A stretch of 63,613 nucleotides of DNA, filler included, from Chiloscyllium plagiosum (Eukaryota): NCBI RefSeq assembly GCF_004010195.1. It is 4 parts of one record of this genome, joined end to end, with 100 filler letters (N's around TTAATTAATTAA, not from the genome) between each part and the next. Parts side by side here need not be neighbours in the genome. Positions count along the whole stretch, not along the records: positions 29,001 to 55,201 come from NC_057717.1; 3 more parts are not named here. The stretch is one strand, 5' to 3'. The position numbers and the translations under genes were made by a program. The notes beneath the pieces are model-generated. The model did not search any database. It was not told the DNA's origin and saw only the letters and a list, made by a program, of their open reading frames with translations. This document shows positions 38,321 to 49,100 of the stretch, in pieces (position 1 is the stretch's first letter; each line of letters begins with the position of its first letter).

Positions 38321-38801
38321 GGTGTGAGGGACTAGGGGTGACATGAACAAAGGCACTTCCAATTGTGCTAATATATATGAGATCTAGAAGGAGAGGAAGA
38401 GCAAATCTTAGCCCGATGAGATTTTGTTTGGTAGGCCGCCCAATACAGGAATTGGCCCAAGACCTAAGGTAAGACAGATAACAGACCACTGTGAAGATCA
38501 GATTTTCTGTTACTGCATAAAACTCTCGACACTTCTATCTCAAATACAGAATCAAGTGAAGGCAGCACTACCCCAATCAGCAGAAGGGAAGATGCACGAC
38601 AGAGAACTTGGAAGCTGGATAGTGGTGACAGAATTCAGGAGGAAAAGCTGGAAGGCGAAGAGGTGCCTGGGTCCGTTTTAAGGGCTCCTTATAGCACAGG
38701 CAGCTGTTAAGTTCGCTGAGAGAGCCACGTTGATGCATGCCAACCAGTGCAAACTTGTAGGTGGACTTCAGGAGACATCGGACTACGCCAGTACCAAATA
38801 A
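38320..38801 (+). pseudogene. Retroviral integrase C-terminal part
   Basis: GVT*TKALPIVLIYMR...NLSP / EILFGRPPNTG...GSWIVVTEFRRKSWKAKRCLGPF*GLL..AVKFAERATLMHANQCK...TAA(38801). Confidence 0.85.
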
Positions 38802-38833
38802 GTGCAAGTAGTGATTAGAAGTCTCATACAAAT

Positions 38834-39163
38834 ATGGGAATGCCCTGGCAGGACGATTCGGGAATCGTAATCTTAACCAAGGATGCTAAGTTGTTCTTTA
38901 CATGCGACCCATGGCTGTTTAGTAACGAAGACGACTATAAATGGGACAATAAATATTTATGTAGGGATCTTTGTGGTCCCAGTGACTGTCACTTAGAAGG
39001 AGCCACCACGGCTACATGGACATCTCACACAGGATATAGGTATTCTATTATCAAGGAAGGAGGTGCCGTGGCACGGGTAATAATAACCGAGACTCAGAAG
39101 AGGGATGAGGAAGCCTGGTGGCGTGGAATGCATCGACCTTCTGAGGAAAGGTCTGGTGCTTAG
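38834..39163 (+). CDS. Retroviral accessory/env-position ORF encoding a CD300/pIgR-like Ig V-set domain (open frame, F-strand Cys mutated)
   Basis: LFFTC (B strand), KYLCRDLC (C-C' Cys pair), RYSI (D), VIITETQKRD-EEAWWRG (E/F; GAA and CGT are each one transition from GGA/TGT of DxGxxWCG). Confidence 0.65.
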   Translation: MGMPWQDDSGIVILTKDAKLFFTCDPWLFSNEDDYKWDNKYLCRDLCGPSDCHLEGATTATWTSHTGYRYSIIKEGGAVARVIITETQKRDEEAWWRGMHRPSEERSGA

Positions 39164-39227
39164 TAAGCAGTTTGATATATTACTATCTGGCGCTGTACAT
39201 GTCTTTTTATTTTTGTCATAAAATGAC

Positions 39228-39241
39228 AAAAAAATGGGAAA
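39228..39241 (+). promoter_or_regulatory. Polypurine tract of the ERV
   Basis: aaaaaaatgggaaa immediately before TGTATTGG at 39242. Confidence 0.6.
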
Positions 39242-39360
39242 TGTATTGGAAAATTAACATTTACTGTGAAATCTACAAAAGCATAGAGGAAACAAAGAAG
39301 TAAGGGCCTGATTGAAATTAGGGGCAGGTATTGCAGACAGACAGAAAAAAATGTAAAGGC

Positions 39361-39496
39361 AAATCGACCTAACAGCAGACTTACAAGGCCAGTTAAACCG
39401 ACCTAACAGCAGACTTACAAGGCCAGTTAAACCGACCTAACAGCAGACTTACAAGGCCAGTTAAACCAACATAACAGCAGACTTATAAGGCCAGTC
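39361..39496. repeat. 4 x 34-bp tandem repeat within the putative 3' LTR U3
   Basis: aaaccgacctaacagcagacttacaaggccagtt at 39361, 39395, 39429 and 39463. Confidence 0.95.
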
Positions 39497-39971
39497 AACC
39501 CACCATGTCAACAGTCAATGAATGAGAAAAACAACTTCATATCTCGAAAGGAATTGGATGTTTCAGGCTACTGGCCTTGATGTGTTGACAAGGATAAGCA
39601 TTGTGAACCTAATCTANGCTTGAATAGTTTGTTGGCAGGAGCAGACGGCGCTCTCAAATCAACTAGGACATGTTAGTTTTTTTGAAGGTGGTTGGTTCGA
39701 AACAAACCAGAGGTTAAGGTTTTCCGAACTGTTGCTGCTAATGATCATTCATCTTGACACATTCCCAAGTTCTGTGTCAAAGATCTTGGCTGCAGAAAAT
39801 ACATCACAAATCGTGTTACCCCCTCAGCTCTCCAGCGAATTCAAAAACTGAGAGCTATTGATGTGGAATAGAAACAGAACTGGCAAATATATCTTATTTC
39901 CTGACACACCGAAAAATGAATGCTCTCTGGGAGGAACTTGAGTCATCTGGATCACGAACTGCTCGCACAAA

Positions 39972-40050
39972 TGGCAGCGAGGCAATTCCAAACCGTGCTC
40001 ACAAACTCACTGGAGCCTTAGTGCACCACCGTTTCCTGGAAAGTGCTAAA
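39972..40050 (-). pseudogene. Degenerate tRNA-Leu(AAG)-like copy
   Basis: Reverse complement ...ctaaggctccagtgagtttgtgagcacggtttggaattgcctcgctgcca vs TTAAGGCTCCAGTCTCTTCGGAGGCGTGGGTTCGAATCCCACCGCTGCCA. Confidence 0.5.
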
Positions 40051-40593
40051 GTAATATAAAACAGAACAGACTAGCAGTGAACCACGAAAAGTGAAGATTA
40101 CCAATTGCAATCTGTTTTATAATATGTTCAAAATGTGCTGGTGCCTCCCCCAGAACAGGAGGGCCGATCACCAGCCGCCCTCATGTGGACAGAAATGCAG
40201 GAAATGAGAGGAATGGAACTCAGTTGCACATTGCGATTGCCCTTCTTTTCGCCACAACAAAAAACGACGAGCGGATTCAGTGCAGGATCTGGTTTCCCAA
40301 CAACGGTGAACTAACGATCTCTATTCACTTTCAGAGAAAATGGTGAACCACGCAAAACACCTGGAATATGACGCGGTTACCTGGGTCCCGCATTATGCTG
40401 GGGGTCTTTCCAGCTGGATGCTAAGGTGAAAATCACAGCGGCAGGGGAACACAGCGTGAATACTGACACGTTAGTGGCTATGTGCTCTGCCACATCGCAG
40501 CGTGGTTTAGAAGAAATGATTATGTTTTATTCTGTTCAACTTCAAGACAGCTCATCCCTACCAAGCGTTGCCAGCTTAATCCATTCACACAAG

Positions 40594-40676
40594 TGGCAAC
40601 GCTGGGATTCAAACCGAAGCCTTCTTAAGAACTAGGACCTGAAAGGCAGCGTCTCAGCTTGCTCAGTGAGCGTGGC
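40594..40676 (-). pseudogene. Degenerate tRNA-Leu-like copy
   Basis: Reverse complement gccacgctcactgagcaagctgagacgctgcctttcaggtcctagttcttaagaaggcttcggtttgaatcccagcgttgcca; 83-nt long-variable-arm layout and Leu-type 3' end. Confidence 0.5.
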
Positions 40677-41914
40677 AGACAGGCTGAAAGCGGAAAGCGA
40701 AGACCGTTTTCCTGACGATAGCCTGCGGCACGCTCACAGACAGCTCGTCTGTTCTGCAGAATAAGCAGCAGCAAGGTATTCCTCCACCTGAAAAAACTAT
40801 GCTCAATCGGGAATCCGAGAATGGCAGACCACGTCGTGAGGTTATTCGAAACGCGGTGCCATAACGAGCTTCAACTTTCCTTGTCTTTCTCATTAACCGT
40901 GCACTTTCCAGCAGAGCCATGAGCAACTGCCAACTGGCTGCCAGCTGATTTTGGAAACCTGTGTGGGAATCGAGGAGATGCGACTCACTTGCTGTTAGTA
41001 AATTAAACGGTTCTTACTTTGAGATGTACAAAACTCAGTCTCTACACATATTGAGGAAAGGTCAAAGGCGATCTGAGAGGTGGAAGCGGTTCTAACTGTA
41101 CGTGATTATTCTTTGTACAATGTGCGAAATGGTCTCCCTCAGTGATCTTATTCATGTCTTTTGTTCATGACTGAATCAGACAGAAGGAGTTTCACCAGAG
41201 TTTCATTTGACTTGCATTCCTCCCTCTCCCTGGTCATACTTTTCTGCAACACTGTGATATCAAAAAAAACAAAATGGCTACAATGGCATTCAGCACCCTG
41301 CCCGTAGTTTCCTCTATTTCAGTGGATTGATTTCAGACCACACGGTAATATTAATGACTGTATGAGAGTGTGAGTCAAGCAGTTCACCTGAGTCTGTATT
41401 CCTCTTTTTATTCCTGTTCATGACTGAATGAAGTATAAGCATGTCCAGTGCTTCGACACTCGAATGTATGATTTGCTCCAAAACATGATTGATGATTTCT
41501 GGTTTTGGTTCACCTGGGTTGAATGACACCAGAGACACCAGAAGGACACCAGTGCCCTTAAAGTGGACGCCCATCGAGATATGCAATTCGAAGCATATTG
41601 TCAACCAGGGAGGAGAGAAACTTACTTGAGTGTGTGTGCTGGAAAGGCACAGCAGGTCAGGCAGCATCCAAGCATCAGGAGAAACAGCGTTTCTGGCAGG
41701 AGCGCTTCATAATCTCTGTCCTCAATTTATCCGAGGAGAGAAGCTGAACAACGTTTCATGCAACAATAAATTGGAACTGTAATTGTTTTCACCGCAGTGG
41801 CAGATATGGGCGAGCAAATTCAAAGTAGGTTTGTCAATGAGTACACCAAGCACGAATGCTCTGTTCCCAACAATTCAAAAAACTTCAGCATGTAACAAGG
41901 GAACAAACCAAACT

Positions 41915-41985
41915 CCTGCTTGGTTTGAACGGCGGACGTTTGTAGTGTGACATGAACGGAAAAACGACGTTGCAACCGTGCGAAT
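41915..41985 (-). pseudogene. Possible very degenerate tRNA-Val(CAC)-like copy
   Basis: Reverse complement ccgttcatgtcacactacaaacgtccgccgttcaaaccaagcagga loosely follows CACGTTCGCCTCACACGCGAAAGGTCCCCGGTTCGAAACCGGGCGGAA. Confidence 0.25.
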
Positions 41986-42835
41986 TGACATTCGTCTAGC
42001 ACGGAAACTGGCAGCCGCTCAATGCACTACCTCGCTGTTTTAAATAGATCGATGTTGTCCGGGGTTATTAGCATGATCCAAAATGTTTGGAGTGGAAGTA
42101 ACAAAAGAGAAGCTGATATAAAGATGGAAGTCAGGTGATATTCAATAAAAAGACGTGTGCAGAAAGACACAGGGAGATGGACATCGAACAAGATGTTTCA
42201 CTGGTCCCGAAGTCTTAACTCTGTTTTGCTTTCCAATATACTCCCAGACCTGCTGAGATTTTACAGCAATTTCTGTTGTTGGTACAGCAAGAGAATATGG
42301 GAGAGTGATCCTGGACCGATCAACTCTCTCCGCTCTGTGAATATTTGACTTCTCTTTTCAACCGGATCACTTCTGTCCCACAGTGAAACTTCACAGTCCT
42401 GCCCCACCCCCACTCCCGTTACTGACAATAAACTGTTTATTACCTATATCCACATTGGCACACGACAAAATCATTTTCCTTTAGAATTGGGAAACTTCCA
42501 GGGAGATCTCCATTCGTTTTCCATCAGAACATTCTGAATGAGTTAATTTTGATTCAGGACCATCTGACACGGAACCATCACTCTCAGTGCCCCCAACAAG
42601 TGGCTATTCCCATTCAGTGTCTCTGAGAACTTTGGGTGTTGCATGGCTGGAGTGGAACATCACGTTTTGAAAGGGTCACTGATAGGCTTGTCTCTGGCCC
42701 TTCCAGTAAAGTGGAGATAGTTATCACTCAGAAAGCGACGTGTGATCAAAAACAGCGGGACCGACGTGGCAACATATGTGTCACTCTGTTGTCATACTGC
42801 AAGTGGAATGGAGAGCAAGAAACACACCACAGAAA

Positions 42836-42900
42836 CACACATACGTACGCGCGCGCACGCGCGCACACACACACACACACACAGACAAACCCACACACAA
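42836..42900. repeat. (CA)n/(CG)n alternating purine-pyrimidine microsatellite
   Basis: acacacatacgtacgcgcgcgcacgcgcgcacacacacacacacac. Confidence 0.9.
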
Positions 42901-44299
42901 ATATTCGATTGTTATCCAAGAGGATTTCCATTTTCAACGAAAATAGATTGATTACAGCACTTCATTACAGAGTTCTTTACTTGATTGTTTCCATTCAGTT
43001 TGGATTCCCAATTAGATTCCTGATTCGTAACATCCCCACGGACAGTTTTCCTCATCCCATGTACGATGTCCTGCTCACAAACACTGCATTTGATTCCAAT
43101 ACCATCTGTTGTTTGATACAGGAACCTTTCGGTTTCGGGGGTATTGAGTCTTGTGTCTGACCCAGGTGTGTGAATATCCTGTTTATCTGACATCTAGGAT
43201 TGTTTAATGAAGTTTGGAAGTTTGGAAATCCCGATGTTATTTTGTCTACAGTCCCTTAGTAGAACTGTATTTGTTTTCAATCAAGTAATCCTTGACTGTA
43301 GGGCTTAATAAATTATTCAACATCATTGTCCACAGGCTTATGCACAAATCGGGAGAGTTGAAGTGATGGCGTCATCAAATATTTGGATGGTTTGGCAATT
43401 ATTACCAGGGCTTGGGTCTAGGGAGGTGAGGAAGTTTTACTGTGATCGTATAGGGGATATGGACACCATAATGTATCTCCAAAAGGCTAATGGATGAAGG
43501 TGGCAATTCACAGATATTCTGGGCGAGCAGAGCGAAACAGGCAGACATGCTGAATAAGAGACAGAGAGTGAAAGGATGATATTGGAATTTCCAACAGGCA
43601 TAGTTCAAGTCAGTCTTGATTTATAAATTGAGCATATTATTGGTGAACCTAGATTACAGGTAAATTGCGAAGTGGAAGTAAGCTGCTGTCACATAGATCG
43701 ATGGAGCGATGGTAAGTGAATGGGCAAAGCATTGTCCATTACAATATAAAGTGGAGAGTGTGATGTTTGTCAGGGAGAATCGACAAAGAGATTTTAATCT
43801 AAATGGGGAGATGTTATGGGACTCTGACGGAGAGAGGGATCTATGTTTCCTGGAATATCAAAACACATTGAGTTACTCTGCATGGGCAACAAGGAATTAG
43901 CAAGGCAAAGGGATGATGTTTTCGTTTGTTCATTGGATGTGAGCATCACTGGCTGGGCTCAGCATTTATCTCTTATTCCCATCAGTCCTTCAGAAGATGG
44001 TGGTGAACTGCCTTATTGAACTGGTGCACTCCATCAAACTTCGACTTGTGCAGGTTCGGTAATATTGGCATGAAAAATTGCCCATAGTGATCAGAGATGT
44101 ATTGTTTAGGTGCAGTAGTCAGGGAAATGTACAGAGATAGGGCAGGGGAATTTCACACTGCGGGGATTATATATTAATTTACTCTACACTGATTTAGAGA
44201 CTGGAATTCCATGTGTTGTCACCGAGGTGATGTATAACAGAACAAAGTCTCGAAGCTAATTGACGGGATCAATTCGTAGAACAGGGAGAAAATAGGGAA

Positions 44300-44515
44300 A
44301 AACAGAAATTGTTAATACAAGCTCAGCAGGTTTGGCAGCATCCGTGCAGAGAAACCCGAGTTACCACTTCGGATCCGGTCACCCTTTCTCTGAAACAGAC
44401 CTGAAACTATAACTCTGATTTCTCTTCACAGATGCTGCCAGACCTGCTGAGGTTTTTCAGTAACTTTTGGTTTTGTTTCTGATTGACAGCATCTGCAGTT
44501 CTTTCAGATTGTATT
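44300..44515. mobile_element. Degenerate fold-back Penelope-derived short element (second subfamily)
   Basis: ctcagcaggtttggcagcatccgtgcagaga ... tctcttcacagatgctgccagacctgctgag inverted arms. Confidence 0.6.
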
Positions 44516-44524
44516 TAGGTAGAG

Positions 44525-46125
44525 AATGGGGTTAATTACAGAGTAAAGCTGTCTCTACACTTCAGCTTTTCAAACTCCCAGACCATGTTCACCGTGGAGT
44601 TTGATAATGACTAAGTCAGCCCCTATACCCACACTGTCCCTATCAAGCACACTTAGCATAGTTATATCACTGGCTTAGAGGGAGACTATGTTTCCCTGTA
44701 CACTTTCTCCACCTAAATCTCTCAGAGTCTGGGAAGAAATCGGGTTACATACAGTGTACAGATCGGTCCACAAACGCTCCTGTGTCAGGGGAAGCTCTGT
44801 GTTAGATTACAGAGTAAAGCTGTCTCTACAGCGTCTCTCACAAAGTCTTACATAGCTCATACACACAGACACACTGTCATGCAGTCACACATACTCAGTC
44901 ACAGACACAGGAGAGGGTTGCAAACTCCCTATCTCAGAATCCCACACTCGAACACAACCCCTCACTCAAACAATCTCAGGCACCAATTCTCAGTCAATCA
45001 ATCACGGACACCTCAAAACCAGAGTCGCTCGTTCACATACACAGTTACTCCTTCACAAATATATACTAATGATACACAATCCGAAAGGTTTGCTGAATGG
45101 TAAATAAATTTCTTTGTTTTTAGAGAGCACAAAATTTGAAGGCAAATTACGTCAGGCTGGTCCTTGATAAATGCCTGTTTTCTGGATAAAATACATCTTA
45201 CTCCACGTTAAATCTGACAGATTCTGAACAAGACCACGCACCTACAATTCAATAGCTGACCTGTCATATTCCTATCGTATTTCCCTCTTGAAGTTTGCAA
45301 AGTTAGACAGACTTTTGCCCTTCTCCTGTGCTGACAGAATTCCGACTCAAACTGAAGCTTCTCTGCTCCTGCACCCAGTTTAACATTGTACCATTTGGTT
45401 TAGATTATCCCTCCTCGAACATCTATTCTCATCTCAGTTTATGTCATCGGCAGGAGGCCGAGAGATGATAATGTATAAAGTGTAAGATGTGTTTTAATCT
45501 GCCAAAACAGGACACATGTTTCCAAAAGTGTCAGTTAGCCGTTTTAGGTTTGTTACAGGCAGCCATTTCATGTTAGCACAGCGCTGACAGCGACGTTATA
45601 AACCGGAAAAGGCAAGAACGGGTTGGGGACTTGGAAGTCCATGTGCAAATGAATCCAGAGTATATTCACAGAACTAGAGCTCGACGGCACGGGTTCAATG
45701 GCCAGCGAAATGTCACAAGCACAGGGCTGTGTCCTTTGAATTCAGAATGGTCTAAATTGATGAAAGTTTGTGAGTCAATGACAGGAACTGCAGGATTAGA
45801 TCGGGAGAAAATATCGTTGTTGCTTCTGGAGACTATAATTAGGTTCAGTGTCGAGTAATCTAACGTCAGACTGTAACCCTTTGACAACTCAGGCCATTCA
45901 GCATAAGGTTAGGTTTTGTTTAAATCACCCGACACTGTCCCCAACAAACTCTCACAGAAAAGCGTCGGAATAGAGTTAAGTACAGATAAAAGCCCAATTA
46001 CACTGTTCTCATCAACAACTCCCAGAGCAGGAACAGCACTGAGTTAGATGAAGAGTAAAGCTCCCTTTACATTTTCCACATCAAACTCTCCCAGGACAGG
46101 GAAAATACTGTGCCAGATAGGAAAC
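44525..46125. repeat. Two patches (44525-44835, 45925-46125) of a degenerate ~65-bp satellite-like repeat
   Basis: Recurring gttagatacagagtaaagctccctctacactgtccc..atcaaac.ctcccaggacagg variants. Confidence 0.55.
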
Positions 46126-49100
46126 AAAACATCGTCCATATGACCATAAAATGACTACGTTCCATCTGCTGCTGCCTTGCCTTGTGTGGGTCACAGAGCG
46201 AGCTCCGAAACATCTCCAGGACAATTTAATCCAGTACCTGCGGCTGTGGCTCTCTACCTGTGTCTGTAACTCTCTCTCGGTTTTTGAAATTACCTCCCAT
46301 TCCCTCGACAATGCTGAATAAATTTCAAAACCGTTTAATTATCTTTTGAAACATTTTAGGATAACCTTAAGATTTTTTTACAGTGTTTATAAGTATCCAA
46401 CCTCACGTTACTTGCGGATATCCAGTGTAATTCGTCTACGTTTATATTGTCCGTAAATCACAAAGCAATTTAATATCCAGGGTCCATGAACAATCGGAAT
46501 TTCCATGAAGTGTCTGTCTTTATTGCATGCGATTGGCCATTAACAGCATGTGATTGGCCTTCCTATGATTTTTTTTTCACTGAGATGCTATCAGGAATCA
46601 TGTGGACCACTTTGATCGTCAGACCGACTGTGCATCGTCAGTGCAAATAAAAATCGAATTTTCAAGATGCAGGAATGTCTGATCGAAAACAACAATTGAT
46701 GTGCTTCCCCAATGTAATCACTGATACCTTTTTAGGATGAGATTTTCAGGAGGACATTTAGATGACAGAAACCAGGAGCAGGAAGAAGCCATTCAGCCNN
46801 NNNNNNNNNNNNNNNNNNNNNNNNNNNNNNNNNNNNNNNNNNNNNNNNNNNNNNNNNNNNNNGATTTATGGTATCAGAAAATTAACTGATGATGTGGACG
46901 ACAATTGATACAGAACAGTACAGTGCAGGTTCTTCAGCCCTCGATGATATGCTGATGCGTTAATTTACTTTAACATCAAACTAATCTGTATAACTTATCT
47001 TCCATGTGCCTTTCCAAGAGTGGCTTAAACATCTCTAATGCATCTGATTCAACTACCACCGCCACAGGGCCTGGTCGGTGCGTGGAAAGAACTTGCCTCT
47101 CATCTCCCCGGAACCTTCCTCCAATCACCTTTAAATTATGCCCCTTTATAAATACATTTCTGTACTGGGAAGAAGTCTCTGGCTATCCACTCTATCTGTG
47201 GCTCTTATCATCTCATACACCCCATAACAATTCACCCTCTTCACTGCAATGAGAAAATGCCTCGGCCCCTCAATCTTCAGGAAGCATGGTGGTAAATCTT
47301 CTCTGCAGCGTTTCGAAAGCTTCTGCCTTCAGGATCAACTGGTCAGATTGCAGATTTAAAAATCTGTTACCGATTCTGAACAAACTTCACGTGCAATATG
47401 CTTTAGAAATCTCGATCCCTCAGCTAGTTTGGGGGTTTACTATGTCAGCGTGTGATTTTGATTAAATAAAGGAAATGTTCACCCCCCACCCCCCACCCCA
47501 CCTCTCGTGTCTGTTTCACTGGAATTATGTGCTTCATATTAATTGGCCACTAACAATAAGGAAGTCTTGCTCTGACTATTTCATTGTGAGCATATCAGGA
47601 ATCCTGTGGGCCACTTTCATTCTCAGACCGACAGGAAATGGTTTCTGCATGTGTCGTCCCAAATTCTGCAACTCTTCTTTTCCCTGTTTCCTGCATTGTC
47701 AATTTGTGTCATCTGCAAAATCTGAAGACATGTCCTGTTTTATGGATGTTGACAGTGAGTAAAACTCGATGTCTACAATAAAGATTCCAAAGCCAAAGGT
47801 CAGCATGCTGACATCTCTTGATGTCAGTGACCAAGTTCTCATTGACAAAGTGGAAGGTTGAGATTCAGAAGGTGAATAACTGTGATACTCTGTTCTCTCC
47901 ATTGACTCGCCACCCCTCAGTGAAATTCAAATAATGATCTAGCTCCCTGTTAAAAGCGTCAGTTGGAGCAGCTTCCACTAAAACCCCACCAGGGCCCTCT
48001 ACACACACACCAAGCATTGTGTGAACAAAAAACATCTCTTACAACATATCTGTTAGTTTTGCAGATAATTTCAGCGTGTGTCTCATTCTTAAACCTTATA
48101 TTCGAGCAACAATTTCTCCCAGAGGTCTCATGCTTTTTGAAAGTCCCAACAGATCCCCAATGTGAAAAGTATCATTCTTTCCAATCCATCCCACAATTGA
48201 AGGTGCTGACCCAGGAACAAATGCACACAATATTCCAGTAATCCGTAGTGGTTAAGAAAGTTGGCTCATTCTATACCACCTCCTCTGGAGGAATATGTGA
48301 CAGCCCAGCCAGTGAAGGCCACATTCTGAATGAATAAAACCAGGTGACCTTATGACAGCCGTCTTGCTAGCTCAGCCTCACTTCCTTCCTGTGGTATTCT
48401 TTGCCCCTATAAATGAATTCAATGCTGCATGTTTTACTGAACTACACTGCTGGGAGTTGTTGTTGTTTGGCCATCTTCCTGAAAATTTGATTAACTGTGA
48501 TTATCTCTTGCCATTCTGTAATGACTGAAGTCTGATAAATACAGTGAACCTTTGCTATTTCTTATGCAAGGCTAAAGAGACAAATGGACAAACCACATCT
48601 GTTCGGGATGTAACATAAAGCAGGATGTAATGTAATGTATTGTTGGGTCATCAGATCATGAACACAGCATCTATACAAAATAATGATAAGATAAGGAACC
48701 TGACCCAGAATATCAAACTGTCCTAACTCTGATTACCTGCTGATAAGCTTGTTCTGGTAAGACCAGATGCCATGCATTACATCCACAGTTTTTTAGATGC
48801 AGGCCCTATCTGCCCATTTCGTTCACACTGAATCAACAACATTTGTTTTTTTTTCGAGCAAGCAGGATAATTCACCCGGTCAATTCTTTATCTGACATTC
48901 TCTAGATGTCATGTGCCCTTTCTGTAGTTAAAAATCTCATCGCTCAGTTGAAAATGACACCAATAATATTGTGATAGAATCTGCATTAAGTCCAATGGCC
49001 CGGATATGATTGCTAATCCAATCACTTTATGTTTTAAAGTGTTAGTGCAGGTCGTGCTGTTACAACATTCTGCTTAAATGTCAACACAATTTTGCAGTGC

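Larger units (their letters stand above)
35510..39700 (+). mobile_element. Endogenous retrovirus, epsilon/gamma-like (class I), 5'-truncated and internally deleted
   Basis: Protease VDTGATYSV (35735-35761); RT SPVRTPIFPVK..WRCVQDL..NLANAFFSVP..LLQYVDECL..GHKASLAKLQFVQQQVKFLGH; IN C-terminus KALPIVL..LFGRPP..GPF..AVKFAERATLMHANQCK; PPT and TG-starting LTR. The 3' boundary is uncertain. Confidence 0.92.

Noticed and set aside
39361..39496. 34-bp repeats as a CRISPR array
   Set aside because: Repeats are head-to-tail with no spacers, there are no cas genes, and the context is a vertebrate LTR
42636..43193. 174-aa and antisense ORFs
   Set aside because: Openness is largely due to the CA/CG microsatellite; no recognisable domain
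46530..47632. Short similarity between 46530-46630 and 47540-47632 (atcaggaatc..gtgg.ccacttt.at..tcagaccgac)
   Set aside because: Too short and diverged to interpret, and separated by a gap; probably an old local duplication
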